Of a DNA stretch of 64,000 nucleotides, positions 1 to 10,279 are shown in pieces. The stretch lies in sequence record NC_070936.1. One strand, written 5' to 3'. Below the pieces are notes generated by a model. It was not told where the DNA came from and ran no database searches. It was given only the letters and a program-made list of their open reading frames with translations. Made by a program: the position numbers and the translations under genes. Every line of letters starts with the position of its first letter. The first letter of the stretch is position 1.

Positions 1-563
1 TCATCAGCTAAGCGCTGAGCAACTTGTTTATAGTTCTTATCAGCAAGGAAATCGATATCGTCGATCGGGATAGGGTGAATAACATAGATTTCACGATATG
101 GGAATTCGACACGGAAATATTCGTTAGCGAACCAGATCTTGAATTCTGATGTTACCTTACCTACAGTTAAAGTGAAGGAAATACTAGACGGCAACCAAAT
201 TGCGTTGTTGGTGACCATCACACTAACATCTTTCCATTCCCACCCTTTAGTGTAGGTTGCTTTAAGTAATTGGAGACAACCCTGAGAAGATTCGGTTGTT
301 TTGTTTTGAGTAGCTTGGTCGTATAACCACTTACACATGTTGAGAACTGGTGTTGCAAATTCCTGAGGAACTTTCTCATACATGGAAGTTTCAGAGACAC
401 CACGGAACACATGGAGATCTACTGGGTTATCGGGACCGAAATAAATATCAGGTTCTTTGGAGTAGGTCATCGTACTGTTGGTTAATTCACCAATGGGGGA
501 AGTTGACCCATTGATCACCAAGTCATGAACCACAGCAAAGCAACTATACAGAGTTGTTGACAT
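1..563 (-). CDS. Conserved phiKZ-family protein, probably virion-associated (5' part; runs off the window edge)
   Basis: Not in the ORF track. Manual translation from ATG at 563 gives an open frame to base 1 (MSTTLYSCFAVVHDLVINGSTSPIGELTNSTMTYSKEPD...KIWFANEYFRVEFPYREIYVIHP...). The SPIGEL and WF..EYF..E motifs resemble phiKZ-family structural proteins (from memory). Confidence 0.7.
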   Translation of the reverse strand, partial: MSTTLYSCFAVVHDLVINGSTSPIGELTNSTMTYSKEPDIYFGPDNPVDLHVFRGVSETSMYEKVPQEFATPVLNMCKWLYDQATQNKTTESSQGCLQLLKATYTKGWEWKDVSVMVTNNAIWLPSSISFTLTVGKVTSEFKIWFANEYFRVEFPYREIYVIHPIPIDDIDFLADKNYKQVAQRLAD

Positions 564-596
564 ATTGCAACCTTTTAGCTATAATGAAACATATTT

Positions 597-1022
597 TTGA
601 AAAGTGGTGGACACAGCATGAACTTCTTTCTGAGGGAACTAATCAATAGGATAATTAGTTACTTTATCCGAGTATCCAAAGGTGACTCATATGAAGACAA
701 GATAGAACACTTGTTACGTAAGTCACTCTTATTCACATTTATGGCTTTGATTTTTGCTCTCACCATGACCTCTAAATATTTGGTAGCCAACTGGTACCTA
801 GAAGATTTAGAGAAGAGTCTAAATAAAGTTGACACCTTCATGGTTGAGCAGCAAGATAACATGAACAGTCTTTTCCGTATTAACGGTGATCAGTTGAAAC
901 AGATCGATAAACTCACTCATGAGAATAACGACTTGGAGACTGATATCCGTACGTTACTCCACAACCAAGCTATCTTGGAAAAGGAGAACAAGGATCTACG
1001 GAAAAAGCTGGGTAAGAAATAG
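597..1022 (+). CDS. Membrane-anchored coiled-coil protein (spanin-like architecture; start possibly 618)
   Basis: One hydrophobic segment (SLLFTFMALIFALTMTS) followed by a long heptad-rich helix. Confidence 0.6.
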   Translation: MKSGGHSMNFFLRELINRIISYFIRVSKGDSYEDKIEHLLRKSLLFTFMALIFALTMTSKYLVANWYLEDLEKSLNKVDTFMVEQQDNMNSLFRINGDQLKQIDKLTHENNDLETDIRTLLHNQAILEKENKDLRKKLGKK

Positions 1023-1082
1023 TAAATTAAGACAAGGATGTCCATTAGTTGTTACATCACAAATTGGCAGGTATAACTAACA

Positions 1083-2504
1083 ATGAACATTGTCTACTAT
1101 ATCGTAAGTTCTTTTATCAAAGATAAAAATGTCGGACTATCTGGCGGTCATGGCTATTCTTACGATCCCGGTAATGAGAGCAAGCGTAAGTTACAGAAAG
1201 ACGTACCAACAGTTTATGGATACTACGTTAATGGTAACTATCAAAATATCGCAGTGGATCAGATCGATATTTATAATGGTCGTATCCTAAACCAACCAAA
1301 TGAAGTTGACGCTTATCTCACTCATCTGGAACTGATCATTAATAAATGGTTAGAAGAGAAGAAAGATGGCAACAAACTTTTGGTAATTAGTAACTGTGTC
1401 AAAGCGCACAAGATGCTTGAGAAAAACAAGTGTCCTGATCAGTACAATGCAGAACTGTTCAAACGTGTTTATGCTTTGATTCAGGAACATAAGAAAGATA
1501 TCATCCACGATATCGAGTATTATGCAAAAGGTGGTGAAGGTCCTAAGACAGCTCATAAACAATTGGAACTCGCAATTGCGTTGGCAGATTTACCCAATCC
1601 AGATGCTGTCACTCTTGACAAAATGGATGTTAAAGAGTATAAGAACCCAGAGATCGATTTCAATAAGTTGGTTACCGCAACTCGCTGGTATTTCAATACT
1701 GGTGATAAATCAACTTTCCATGATGTCGATGAACAAGGGTATCGTCACTATACCTTTGGTCGGGTTGACCCGGATAAGAACTATTATGGTAAGGCAACAC
1801 CAGATGTGTACTATTCTGCATTGTACACTAAAACACCTATTAAGGTTTTGGATAAACTGTTCGCTTTCTGTCAGAAGAACAAGCCAAACCCTTACAACAT
1901 CATGGCAGCCGGTAACTTGAACCACATCAAATCAAAAGAGATCGCTCGCGTTATCGATACGATCCCTGGAACATTTGGTAAGAAAGAGTTAGTTGCCCCA
2001 ATGACGTTAGGTAATAATGAAGGTGCTAATCTGGTTGAATTCATTGACCCACCTGGATTATCTTACCGCATTCGTGATTTCCATGCCAAGCTGGATGCTA
2101 TCTTCCGTTTCTGGAGAAAGCGTGATGAGAACGGGTGTTATCAGAAACATAAGTTTATTGATATCACTGAGTTGTTCTTTGTCAAGGATCCTAAAGGCAA
2201 ATGGAAAATCCATCCGGACTTCACTAACAACACTTTGAAAATGCCGGTGTCTATTGAAGCTCCTGGTTGTATTAAACCAGTTACGATCAATTTGAGTATG
2301 AAGTTCGATACTCCTGAACGTAATGCTTTAAACAGTTTGATTGTGAATAAAGTAGAAGATATTAAAGTCTTCCTTGCTTTAGATTTCAGTGACGACTCTG
2401 GTGTTAGTTATTGCACCATTGTACATACTCCTGAATTTGATTACATTCATTCTAATAGCATCGCTAACCTTCGGGTTTACAGTTTGAAAGAGCTGGGCAA
2501 ATAA
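1083..2504 (+). CDS. RNase H-family protein (phiKZ gp155-like), catalytic residues apparently degenerate
   Basis: N-terminal SGGHGYSY, and the C-terminal RWYF and YYGKATPD segments, match my recollection of phiKZ-like RNase H proteins. The canonical DG/E/D/D acids are not recognisable. Confidence 0.5.
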   Translation: MNIVYYIVSSFIKDKNVGLSGGHGYSYDPGNESKRKLQKDVPTVYGYYVNGNYQNIAVDQIDIYNGRILNQPNEVDAYLTHLELIINKWLEEKKDGNKLLVISNCVKAHKMLEKNKCPDQYNAELFKRVYALIQEHKKDIIHDIEYYAKGGEGPKTAHKQLELAIALADLPNPDAVTLDKMDVKEYKNPEIDFNKLVTATRWYFNTGDKSTFHDVDEQGYRHYTFGRVDPDKNYYGKATPDVYYSALYTKTPIKVLDKLFAFCQKNKPNPYNIMAAGNLNHIKSKEIARVIDTIPGTFGKKELVAPMTLGNNEGANLVEFIDPPGLSYRIRDFHAKLDAIFRFWRKRDENGCYQKHKFIDITELFFVKDPKGKWKIHPDFTNNTLKMPVSIEAPGCIKPVTINLSMKFDTPERNALNSLIVNKVEDIKVFLALDFSDDSGVSYCTIVHTPEFDYIHSNSIANLRVYSLKELGK

Positions 2505-2506
2505 AG

Positions 2507-2548
2507 CATACTCCCTTACCCTCCGCAAGGAAGGGTAAGGGTTATATG
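2507..2548. terminator. Bidirectional hairpin terminator, repeat family copy 1
   Basis: CCCTTACCC-TCC-GCAA-GGA-A-GGGTAAGGG between convergent genes; 42 bp identical to 6878-6919. Confidence 0.85.
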
Positions 2549-2560
2549 TTTGTTTCTTTT

Positions 2561-3649
2561 TTAGTTCATGAATTCATCTGCTAATTGAGCAAGATACTTA
2601 CCTGCTTCTTCAGAGACTTCTTCTTTCGCTAATTTGATTGCGTCTTTCACAATCGCTTTGCTGGTTTTCTTCTCACCTATCTGCAATTGAGAATCAAGAG
2701 TAATAACTGCATCACGATATCTTGCAGCGATAGCTCCCAGTTCTTTATCTACAGCAACAGCACGAGAAAGACTACGACGTTTACCTTCGTCTACAGTATC
2801 TTTGTTAGCTTCGTTCAGCTTATCCAAAGCAACGGTAGCTGAAGCAAGAATAGATTGCATGTCGCCAGCTGCATCGATTAGATCACGTGTAGCCATAGTC
2901 AGATTACTAACTTTGGTGCCAGTGAAGTCAGCTTCCAGTCTATCCACCTTGGCTGCCTTTTCGATAGCTTCAATGCTGGTGTTCAGAGAGGTCAGTGTTT
3001 CACCATTAGGATCGATACGTTTGATCTCTTTAATATGACCCGCTACGCCAGCTAATTGACGTTTAACGGTTCCAGAGATACGTTCTATCGTTTCACTCTG
3101 AATCTCTTCATGACGGGCTTCTGCTTCGTCAGTAAGAGCCACTTCCTTGATCTTCTGATTGATAATCATCTTGTCAGAACTAGACAGGCGTCTGATAATA
3201 CGAATTATCTCGTGGTTACTACCATCGGTAGCTAAACCATCAATGCCTTTGGTCGCTAGTTGTTTAACTTGTCTGTTAACGACATCCCCTTCAAGAGATT
3301 TTTTAGCTTTAGTGAATTGTCTAGCTGTATCACCATTAATCCAATCTCTGATGGCACGCAGTAAGTTCTTGATCCACTCATAAACTTTCTGACCACCTTT
3401 CTTAACGTTATCAAGGAAACTTTCCTGACCTTCTACTTCGACCAAGTCAATACCATGAAGTTTAAGTACGGTATCTGCATAGACAGCGTCGCCGCTCAAT
3501 TCATTATCACCAACACTTTCTTTAGCCAATTCAGCCAGGCCATTGGTGATGGCGCAAGTGTGTTCAAACTCTGATTCCAGAGATTCAAAACCAGTAATGT
3601 GTTTCAGTTCCATTTTCATTTTACCATTGGAAAGGGGCCGTAGCCCCAT
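2561..3649 (-). CDS. Internal head (inner-body/ejection) paralog-family protein; start probably 3613 or 3619
   Basis: GQES-FLDNVKK...WIKNLLRAIRDW motif typical of phiKZ-like head paralogs; GxE|S protease-type sites. Confidence 0.65.
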   Translation of the reverse strand: MGLRPLSNGKMKMELKHITGFESLESEFEHTCAITNGLAELAKESVGDNELSGDAVYADTVLKLHGIDLVEVEGQESFLDNVKKGGQKVYEWIKNLLRAIRDWINGDTARQFTKAKKSLEGDVVNRQVKQLATKGIDGLATDGSNHEIIRIIRRLSSSDKMIINQKIKEVALTDEAEARHEEIQSETIERISGTVKRQLAGVAGHIKEIKRIDPNGETLTSLNTSIEAIEKAAKVDRLEADFTGTKVSNLTMATRDLIDAAGDMQSILASATVALDKLNEANKDTVDEGKRRSLSRAVAVDKELGAIAARYRDAVITLDSQLQIGEKKTSKAIVKDAIKLAKEEVSEEAGKYLAQLADEFMN

Positions 3650-3652
3650 TAA

Positions 3653-5752
3653 TTAAAAGATATCACTCAGAGAATAATTCTTGAATGAGACATGATGATC
3701 AAAGTGTTCAGAATCTAAGTTATAACCTTCCATCCCGACCATATTCATCAAGTTCATTTTACCAGCAACAGCTTTGGTGTTAGCTCCACCCGCCATCGTT
3801 AGCTTACCACCACCAAGGAGAATTTCAACTTGTTCCTTAGACCATTCCATAATGTCAATAGAACGAGAGGTGATGTTTTCTTCAGATCCAGTATCAAGAT
3901 CAATAAGGTAAACGAAACATTCGGCATCCTGACCTTTACGATAAATACGAGCAATGGTCTGTTTCAACTCATAAGAGCGGAATGGGGAGTTCATCAGAAT
4001 CAACTGGTTACACATCAATAAAGGGTAACCTTCACGGAGTGTGTTGAAAGTAGTAATTAGCGGGTTGACATTTGGATCATTCTCAACCTGTTTAATTACC
4101 TTCTCAATATCACCAGAGTTCTCGCCATGTACAGAAATGGAATCGATACCTTCAGATTCGAAGTAAGTCTCAAGTTCTTTGATAACTTCTATATAGGAAG
4201 TATAAATCGCAGTTTTCTTTTGAACAGACTGAATCATCTCTGGAAGTTTGGCATGTCGTATAATGTCCCTGACAGCCTCCATACGGGCTCTTGATAAAAC
4301 ACGCCCTAATGCCTCACCACGAATCTTAAGTCCCACATACTTGACTGCAGACTTAATATGACGGAAGTATTTGAGGTCATCTCCCTTGAGTTCTTTTTCG
4401 ATATCCTTTTCAACTGAATGAGCAAATTTAGATTTGTCAGAATCAGTAAAGTTGTTGTACCCATGTTTCTGGAAGTAGTTCACAATCTCAATGTACTTAT
4501 CAAGACGGGCTTCTTCTTTAGCATCACCTTCTATCCAAGTGCGATACTGTTCAACAAACTTTTCCCAGTCGGAAATATATCGAGGCATGTGTTCATTATA
4601 GAACATAACACGATCTTCGATAAAGTCCATCATCACTGCTCTGATATTATTCAGAGTGTATTTCTCAGCTCCTGGGAATTTAACAGGTACAACTTCAGGT
4701 TCAGGTGGTTCGTCCATCCCCTCGACTTTAGTAATCGTAAATTTAATTCTACCCAAACGGTGAGCCAGCATCTGACTCAAGAATTCATTATCACGACCAT
4801 ACATCTTCAAGAAGTCAGTCTGAACATCCTTATCAAAGAACTTATCGATAACAGTGAAGAGAGCAAAGGTTTCACGGCCTTGAGCTTTGATAGGTGTACC
4901 TGACATGAACAATACGTCTGAAACAAACTTATTAGAGCAGAGATCAATTAACCCCTGAGTTTGTTGTGACTTATATTCATTATAGTTGTGTGATTCGTCG
5001 ACGATGACTTTGATGGGCTCTTTACCTTGCTTAGAGATAACGGAGATTAAACCATCGAATTCTCTACTACGGAGATTTTCTTTATAGATAATAAAGTAAT
5101 CGGCGTCTGCATGGTTAAGCGGATCGGTCCCATCTAAAGAAGTCCAGATCTTTGGAGTTTCTTTAAAATACTTAGTTGTCATCTCATTAACCCAAGGGGT
5201 CTGAACTAAGTGTTTTGGAACTACAATAATAGTTTTATAGGGAGAGATCATCTTGGACCAAACTAGGCTAGTGTATGTTTTACCACTACCTGGTTCAGCA
5301 TCAAGTAAACAACCCCGTAACTGATACCCATATTTTATACGAGAGTATCCTTCGAGAAACTCTTGTTGATCTGGGAAAGGTTTGAGTTTAAAACTTTTGA
5401 GTGCTTTATTAACATCGTAAGGCGGATAATCCTGGAATGTAGTTTCAATCCAGGTCTTGGCTTTGATCTCGTTATAGAGTTGATTGTATTTAAACATCCC
5501 AACCCGATAACGGTCTACCTGACGCTTGTTACGATTAGTTGTAAAGTGGTCAAGAATCCATGCCAACTCCACCATAAAGAACTGGTGTATTTTGAAACGT
5601 CGGTTATTCAGTTTAGTGATCATTCGGCTAGCAATTACAGATGTACCGAAGTTAGACTTAAGGTCCAACTCAAATGCATTTATATTAATACCGTTGATAA
5701 CATAGTAGGAACCGACCTTTTCCACAGATGGCGAAAAGTTAAAGAATTCCAT
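3653..5752 (-). CDS. SNF2-like superfamily 2 helicase/ATPase
   Basis: Motif I LLDAEPGSGKT, motif II IVDESH, motif III SGTP, motif VI QTIARIYRKGQ. Confidence 0.92.
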   Translation of the reverse strand: MEFFNFSPSVEKVGSYYVINGININAFELDLKSNFGTSVIASRMITKLNNRRFKIHQFFMVELAWILDHFTTNRNKRQVDRYRVGMFKYNQLYNEIKAKTWIETTFQDYPPYDVNKALKSFKLKPFPDQQEFLEGYSRIKYGYQLRGCLLDAEPGSGKTYTSLVWSKMISPYKTIIVVPKHLVQTPWVNEMTTKYFKETPKIWTSLDGTDPLNHADADYFIIYKENLRSREFDGLISVISKQGKEPIKVIVDESHNYNEYKSQQTQGLIDLCSNKFVSDVLFMSGTPIKAQGRETFALFTVIDKFFDKDVQTDFLKMYGRDNEFLSQMLAHRLGRIKFTITKVEGMDEPPEPEVVPVKFPGAEKYTLNNIRAVMMDFIEDRVMFYNEHMPRYISDWEKFVEQYRTWIEGDAKEEARLDKYIEIVNYFQKHGYNNFTDSDKSKFAHSVEKDIEKELKGDDLKYFRHIKSAVKYVGLKIRGEALGRVLSRARMEAVRDIIRHAKLPEMIQSVQKKTAIYTSYIEVIKELETYFESEGIDSISVHGENSGDIEKVIKQVENDPNVNPLITTFNTLREGYPLLMCNQLILMNSPFRSYELKQTIARIYRKGQDAECFVYLIDLDTGSEENITSRSIDIMEWSKEQVEILLGGGKLTMAGGANTKAVAGKMNLMNMVGMEGYNLDSEHFDHHVSFKNYSLSDIF

Positions 5753-5769
5753 AGTAAGGACCTATTGAA

Positions 5770-6873
5770 ATGAACGAAAAAGAATTTGAATTCGAAAGTG
5801 ATAACCACTATAACCTGTATGCTTTTGCGGAGCTGACTCAAAAGAAAGTATTTGAGGATTCAGCTTTTAAAGTTGAAAACCAGGATTACCACGATCGTTA
5901 CAAAGTATCCTTGGGTGGGTACATTTGGTATGTCGCTGCTAAGTTCATTGGTAAATTCTGGCTGATGCTGGAACAATGTGAATACCAACAACTTGAAGCA
6001 ATTATTGCTGAAGAAAAAGATGTTAAGGAAGGTCCATACATCCCTTATGAGAAGATCACTGGTGATGTTGATATGTCGGGTCCTTTCTATGAACTCGTTG
6101 GTGAGGATTTCATCAGCGTTGAAAATCGCATGAGCGGTTTGGTTAAAGCAGTAGCACAGAACATTCGTGAAACTGCAACAATCATCAATGAAGAAATGGA
6201 ACTGGTCGCTAAAGACGGTGATATCGTTAAGGACTTTGATGGTTATGTTACTTTTGACACCAAGCTGGGCCTCGACTTTAATGTAGGTCTGTGCTTTGAC
6301 AAGATCAAACCAATTGCTGAAGATAATGCATCGGCTTGGATTGAACGCACTCCTATCACTCAAGAATATCTGGATACTTATTTCCCTAATGCGGGTAAAC
6401 GTATTCTGGGTAAACTTGATCAAGTCAACTCTCTGGTTAAAGCACTGTTTGAATCTAAGACAGTTACTCGTAACCCTGAACTTGTTGAATATGCGGGCTG
6501 GTTGGTCACGGGTACGCTTGTGAACGCCTATCTTAATCAGAACGTAACTTACATCAGTTTCGGCGGTAAGGACAACTGGAGTGTTCTGGGTAAGGAAACT
6601 AAGAACAACCTGGCTTGCTTTAAATACCTGGATCAGGAAGTCGAATACATTATCAAAATGTTGGATGGTATTGAGAAGACCGATGGTGTTGATATTTACT
6701 CTATGGATATTGATACCTTTGCTGTCTTCGGTCGTAACTTCGATAATAAAGTCGTTACGGAAGCATTGCAAGGTTATGTTCAGCCTCTGTTGGATAAATA
6801 CTCCAAAGGTTTCGAGCAATGTTTAGCTACCCGTATGGCAATGATCGATAACCAACACTTCTTTAAAGCATAA
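5770..6873 (+). CDS. Hypothetical protein (367 aa)
   Basis: Long ORF with RBS (AAGGA) and high-expression-type codons (CTG, GGT, AAC); no motif recognised. Confidence 0.85.
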   Translation: MNEKEFEFESDNHYNLYAFAELTQKKVFEDSAFKVENQDYHDRYKVSLGGYIWYVAAKFIGKFWLMLEQCEYQQLEAIIAEEKDVKEGPYIPYEKITGDVDMSGPFYELVGEDFISVENRMSGLVKAVAQNIRETATIINEEMELVAKDGDIVKDFDGYVTFDTKLGLDFNVGLCFDKIKPIAEDNASAWIERTPITQEYLDTYFPNAGKRILGKLDQVNSLVKALFESKTVTRNPELVEYAGWLVTGTLVNAYLNQNVTYISFGGKDNWSVLGKETKNNLACFKYLDQEVEYIIKMLDGIEKTDGVDIYSMDIDTFAVFGRNFDNKVVTEALQGYVQPLLDKYSKGFEQCLATRMAMIDNQHFFKA

Positions 6874-6877
6874 CAAA

Positions 6878-6919
6878 CATACTCCCTTACCCTCCGCAAG
6901 GAAGGGTAAGGGTTATATG
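6878..6919. terminator. Bidirectional hairpin terminator, repeat family copy 2
   Basis: Identical to 2507-2548; lies between convergent genes. Confidence 0.85.
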
Positions 6920-6921
6920 CT

Positions 6922-7701
6922 TTATGCTAATTTTTTAGCTTCAGTTATTTGCAGTTGAAGCACGCGAGTCAGTTCACTTAACTGGGCGAGCATTATCCCT
7001 GCGAAGTTAGCATTATCTACTAACTCACCAATCGCCATATTAAGGGATTCGGTTTCTTTAGGATTCAGAATAACTTCCGATTCTTCTATCTTAGCTTTCA
7101 GAAGGTTGGTAACGTAAATGACATTATCCATACGCTTACTAACAACTTCAACATCACGCGCATTCAAAGTCTGCACGACCGTATTAAAGTTATTAAGGAT
7201 ATCTGTTGCCGAACCAAAGTTAGGATACAGTTCATTCAGGCTACGAGTATAAGCCCCGGTATCTTTCATGAAGTTCTGGAAAGTCTCACGAGATTTAGAA
7301 ATGAGAACCAGATCGTTCACATTGCGAATGCTAAAAGGAACTTGTCCAGTAGCTGCCGCTTTTTTAATACCGCGGTATACATTATCAGCTTGAGAATCAA
7401 CCATTTTGATAATAGGAACTGCGTGGAGAACAAACTCTACGAAATCCTTAAAGGACCAAACTGATGGGTTAAAGAATACTGGAGATGGGATATGTTTGAT
7501 AGCAGCAGAAAAGTACACATTCTGATTAGCTAAATCTTTCCATACTTCCCCACCTTTAACGGTGTGAATTGACTTATTAAAGTTCTTAGCGTTAAAGGCA
7601 TCAAACCCAACACTGAGTTCTTTAAAGAAAGAAGTAAAGCGCTCGCCGACTGAAAGGGCTTCGTTGCCACTTACATCGGTATTTAATAATTCGGTAGACA
7701 T
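6922..7701 (-). CDS. Probable virion head protein
   Basis: Short N-terminal propeptide-like segment ending SGNE|A; helical protein in a structural context. Confidence 0.55.
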   Translation of the reverse strand: MSTELLNTDVSGNEALSVGERFTSFFKELSVGFDAFNAKNFNKSIHTVKGGEVWKDLANQNVYFSAAIKHIPSPVFFNPSVWSFKDFVEFVLHAVPIIKMVDSQADNVYRGIKKAAATGQVPFSIRNVNDLVLISKSRETFQNFMKDTGAYTRSLNELYPNFGSATDILNNFNTVVQTLNARDVEVVSKRMDNVIYVTNLLKAKIEESEVILNPKETESLNMAIGELVDNANFAGIMLAQLSELTRVLQLQITEAKKLA

Positions 7702-7768
7702 GCTATGGCAAACTCCACTAGTGTGTGTTATTGAAACGTTTCATAACATTTAAATAAAAGGTATTACA

Positions 7769-9238
7769 ATGCTGACTGCATTTAACTTCTTGAAAGACTA
7801 CGGCGCTGAATCCAACCTTCAAATTGGTTTGAACGTCTCTCCTATCTTTGACCTTCTGACCACCACTATGATCAAAGGTAAAGATGGGGTTTGGTACATG
7901 AACGGCGGTCTGATGCCGATCAACGGTTTGGCAGGTGGTAACAACACCCAGAAAACCGGTAAGACTGTAAAGGACGTTGCTAAGTTACTCCATCGTTTCC
8001 AACACTCCATTATTCTGTATGGTGATACTGAATCTACACTTGACGTTTCTCGTCTGGCTGAAGAAGTCGATCGCCTGTTTGGTATTCCTGGGTACTTCGA
8101 AGAAAATATCGAAGATGTCCGTTTCCACTACATGCCTAACTCTGCTGGTATTGATGGGACCGAACTGCACAATAAAGTAATTGAAATCTATAAGACTATT
8201 ACTGCATTGTCAGAATCCAAAGATAAAGAAGAACAGGCCGCGTATAAGTCTCTGTTCCTGGATACTCCATTCTGGTCACAGAAAGCTAATAAGCACGTTC
8301 AGGTTATGCAACCTATCCTGTTCATTTGTGACTCTATCTCTGAAGTTCTGTTTGATAACTTGATGTTCAAACAGTTCGATGAAGGTGAGATGGATGAAGG
8401 TGGTAAAAAGCGTACTCGTGATATGGAGATCGGTAACCTGCGTCGTATCCTGATGACAGATACCTGTATCCTTGGTCCGCGTGTTGGTCTGCGTTCTTAC
8501 TGGATCGCTCAGTCTGCTGATGTTATCAACATGGATGGTAAGCCAAAAGAGAAAGACTCTACCTTCCTGCGTCATAACAAAAAGCTGGCTGCTCCTAAAG
8601 CAATGCTTAAGTTACCGCACATCGGTATTGAGATCATCAAAGGTCAGGTTCTTAAACAACCAGATCACTCTGTGACTTATCCTCGTGGTAAAGATTCTAC
8701 TATCTCTTCCAATGCTAAGTCTAACCCAGAACTGGTTCAGTATTACACCACGGTCTTCCGTAACAAATCTGGTAGCTCCGGTGGTGATATTAGCTTCGTT
8801 GCTGGTCAGGCAGAAGGTATCCTTGAATACCTGTCAATGTATGATGCATTGAAAGATAACAAATACTTTGGTTTGGAAGGTTCGGCTATTCGTCATAGCT
8901 GTGCTCTTATGCCAGAAGTAAGCATTATGCGTACGACAGTTCGTGAACTCCTGGAAGGCCCAGAAGCTAATCACAAACTGCAACGTGCAATTGAGCTGTG
9001 CTATCACATCTGGCACATGCAGACTTTCTGGGATAACTTCCCTGAAGAATGGCGTCTTACTCCATCTGAGATCTATGCTAAAGGCAAAGAACAAGGATTG
9101 GATTGGGATGATGTTCTTGAAAATACCATCTACTACTGGCACGATAACCCAGAGATCAAGAAACATACATTAACCGTTTACGAACTGATGGAAATCATCG
9201 TGAATGGTAAGAAACCATATTGGAAGGAAAAGAAATAA
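7769..9238 (+). CDS. uvsX: RecA/UvsX-like recombinase (phiKZ gp152 family)
   Basis: NGG...GLAGGNNTQKTG variant P-loop, YGDTESTL, Walker B ILFICDSIS, characteristic of phiKZ-like RecA homologs. Confidence 0.85.
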   Translation: MLTAFNFLKDYGAESNLQIGLNVSPIFDLLTTTMIKGKDGVWYMNGGLMPINGLAGGNNTQKTGKTVKDVAKLLHRFQHSIILYGDTESTLDVSRLAEEVDRLFGIPGYFEENIEDVRFHYMPNSAGIDGTELHNKVIEIYKTITALSESKDKEEQAAYKSLFLDTPFWSQKANKHVQVMQPILFICDSISEVLFDNLMFKQFDEGEMDEGGKKRTRDMEIGNLRRILMTDTCILGPRVGLRSYWIAQSADVINMDGKPKEKDSTFLRHNKKLAAPKAMLKLPHIGIEIIKGQVLKQPDHSVTYPRGKDSTISSNAKSNPELVQYYTTVFRNKSGSSGGDISFVAGQAEGILEYLSMYDALKDNKYFGLEGSAIRHSCALMPEVSIMRTTVRELLEGPEANHKLQRAIELCYHIWHMQTFWDNFPEEWRLTPSEIYAKGKEQGLDWDDVLENTIYYWHDNPEIKKHTLTVYELMEIIVNGKKPYWKEKK

Positions 9239-9239
9239 A

Positions 9240-9602
9240 ATGAATGACTTTAGCTACGACTATTCGGTACTTGTAATCGCAGAACCTGACTTCCTCAACA
9301 AAGGCAAGGATTGCGAAGCATATCGAGAGAAGTTAATGAACTTCTTAGAGAAGCGAGCTGGGGAGAGTACGCTGCGCGCAATCAGTATCACTGGTAGCTA
9401 CGGTCTCCCCATGGAAACTCAGATTGAAGTCGATAGTCGGAACAAGACTTCTTTCGTTAAATCGCTTGATGATCAACTGCTTCAATTTAATGAGATCGTG
9501 ATAATCACGAACTTTGAGAATGATAGCTACATTGATGCATTGAGTATCCGTGCTGCTGAACTCTCAAAAACCTTAACTATCTATGGTTACGAGACTAAGT
9601 GA
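9240..9602 (+). CDS. Hypothetical protein (~120 aa; start reassigned from 9204)
   Basis: ATG at 9240 directly after the uvsX stop; ATGA overlap with the next gene. Confidence 0.7.
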   Translation: MNDFSYDYSVLVIAEPDFLNKGKDCEAYREKLMNFLEKRAGESTLRAISITGSYGLPMETQIEVDSRNKTSFVKSLDDQLLQFNEIVIITNFENDSYIDALSIRAAELSKTLTIYGYETK

Positions 9603-10279
9603 TGAAAAACCGGAAAGAGATAGAAAGTGATATTCTTGCATTAGCTAAGAAGTTCACTCTTGGTGGTGGAAACCACCAACTCTATTCCGAACTGTTTGGG
9701 CGTCTTGATGACGCCCAGTTTGCTAAGTTCTGGAATAGCATTTGCGATAACAAGTTTATTCCGATGTTTGTTGACAACTACAATGTGAAAGAAGGCATTA
9801 ACTACGATCACATGGTTAAGGTTGCTGCGGAATACAACATCCCGTTGGAACAACAGTTGGTTATCACTGACCCAGATACTGGTTTGACTTTCACCACACC
9901 AGAAACTGCGTTGGTTGGTTTTGCTGAAGCACGTAAGCAACGTCAGTTACAAGCTAAGAAGTTTGGCGCATCTAAGCACGACTATGAAACTGAAGACTTG
10001 ACTGGTCAACCTACTGGCGATTCAAAAGCTGGCGGTATCTCTAACCCAGAGATTCAGGTTCTTCTTTCTTTAGGTCTTCCTACTTTAGCTAAAGAGTTGG
10101 CAGACGTTCGTGGTGGTGATGCTGGCGCTTATCGTGCATATAAGAATGACATCCTGACCTCTGGCCAGGCAACTACTGAATCTGCGTTGACACGTGGTAC
10201 CGGTGTTAAGTCACTTCAAACAGCACACTACCTTCTGTTAGGCCAGCACATTGATAACAACCTGAATTCGAGAGACTAA
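9599..10279 (+). CDS. rpoB: Virion RNA polymerase beta subunit, C-terminal fragment (phiKZ gp149-like)
   Basis: TGQPTGDSKAGGISNPEIQVLLSLG...RGGD corresponds to the beta C-terminal TQQP...GG..GEME.AL region. Confidence 0.8.
   Translation: MMKNRKEIESDILALAKKFTLGGGNHQLYSELFGRLDDAQFAKFWNSICDNKFIPMFVDNYNVKEGINYDHMVKVAAEYNIPLEQQLVITDPDTGLTFTTPETALVGFAEARKQRQLQAKKFGASKHDYETEDLTGQPTGDSKAGGISNPEIQVLLSLGLPTLAKELADVRGGDAGAYRAYKNDILTSGQATTESALTRGTGVKSLQTAHYLLLGQHIDNNLNSRD

Noticed and set aside
5860-6819. 319-aa antisense ORF (and similar antisense ORFs over the sheath, tube, 30928 gene and tape measure)
   Set aside because: Shadow frames produced by strong sense-strand codon bias; no RBS or motifs; fully overlapping real genes.
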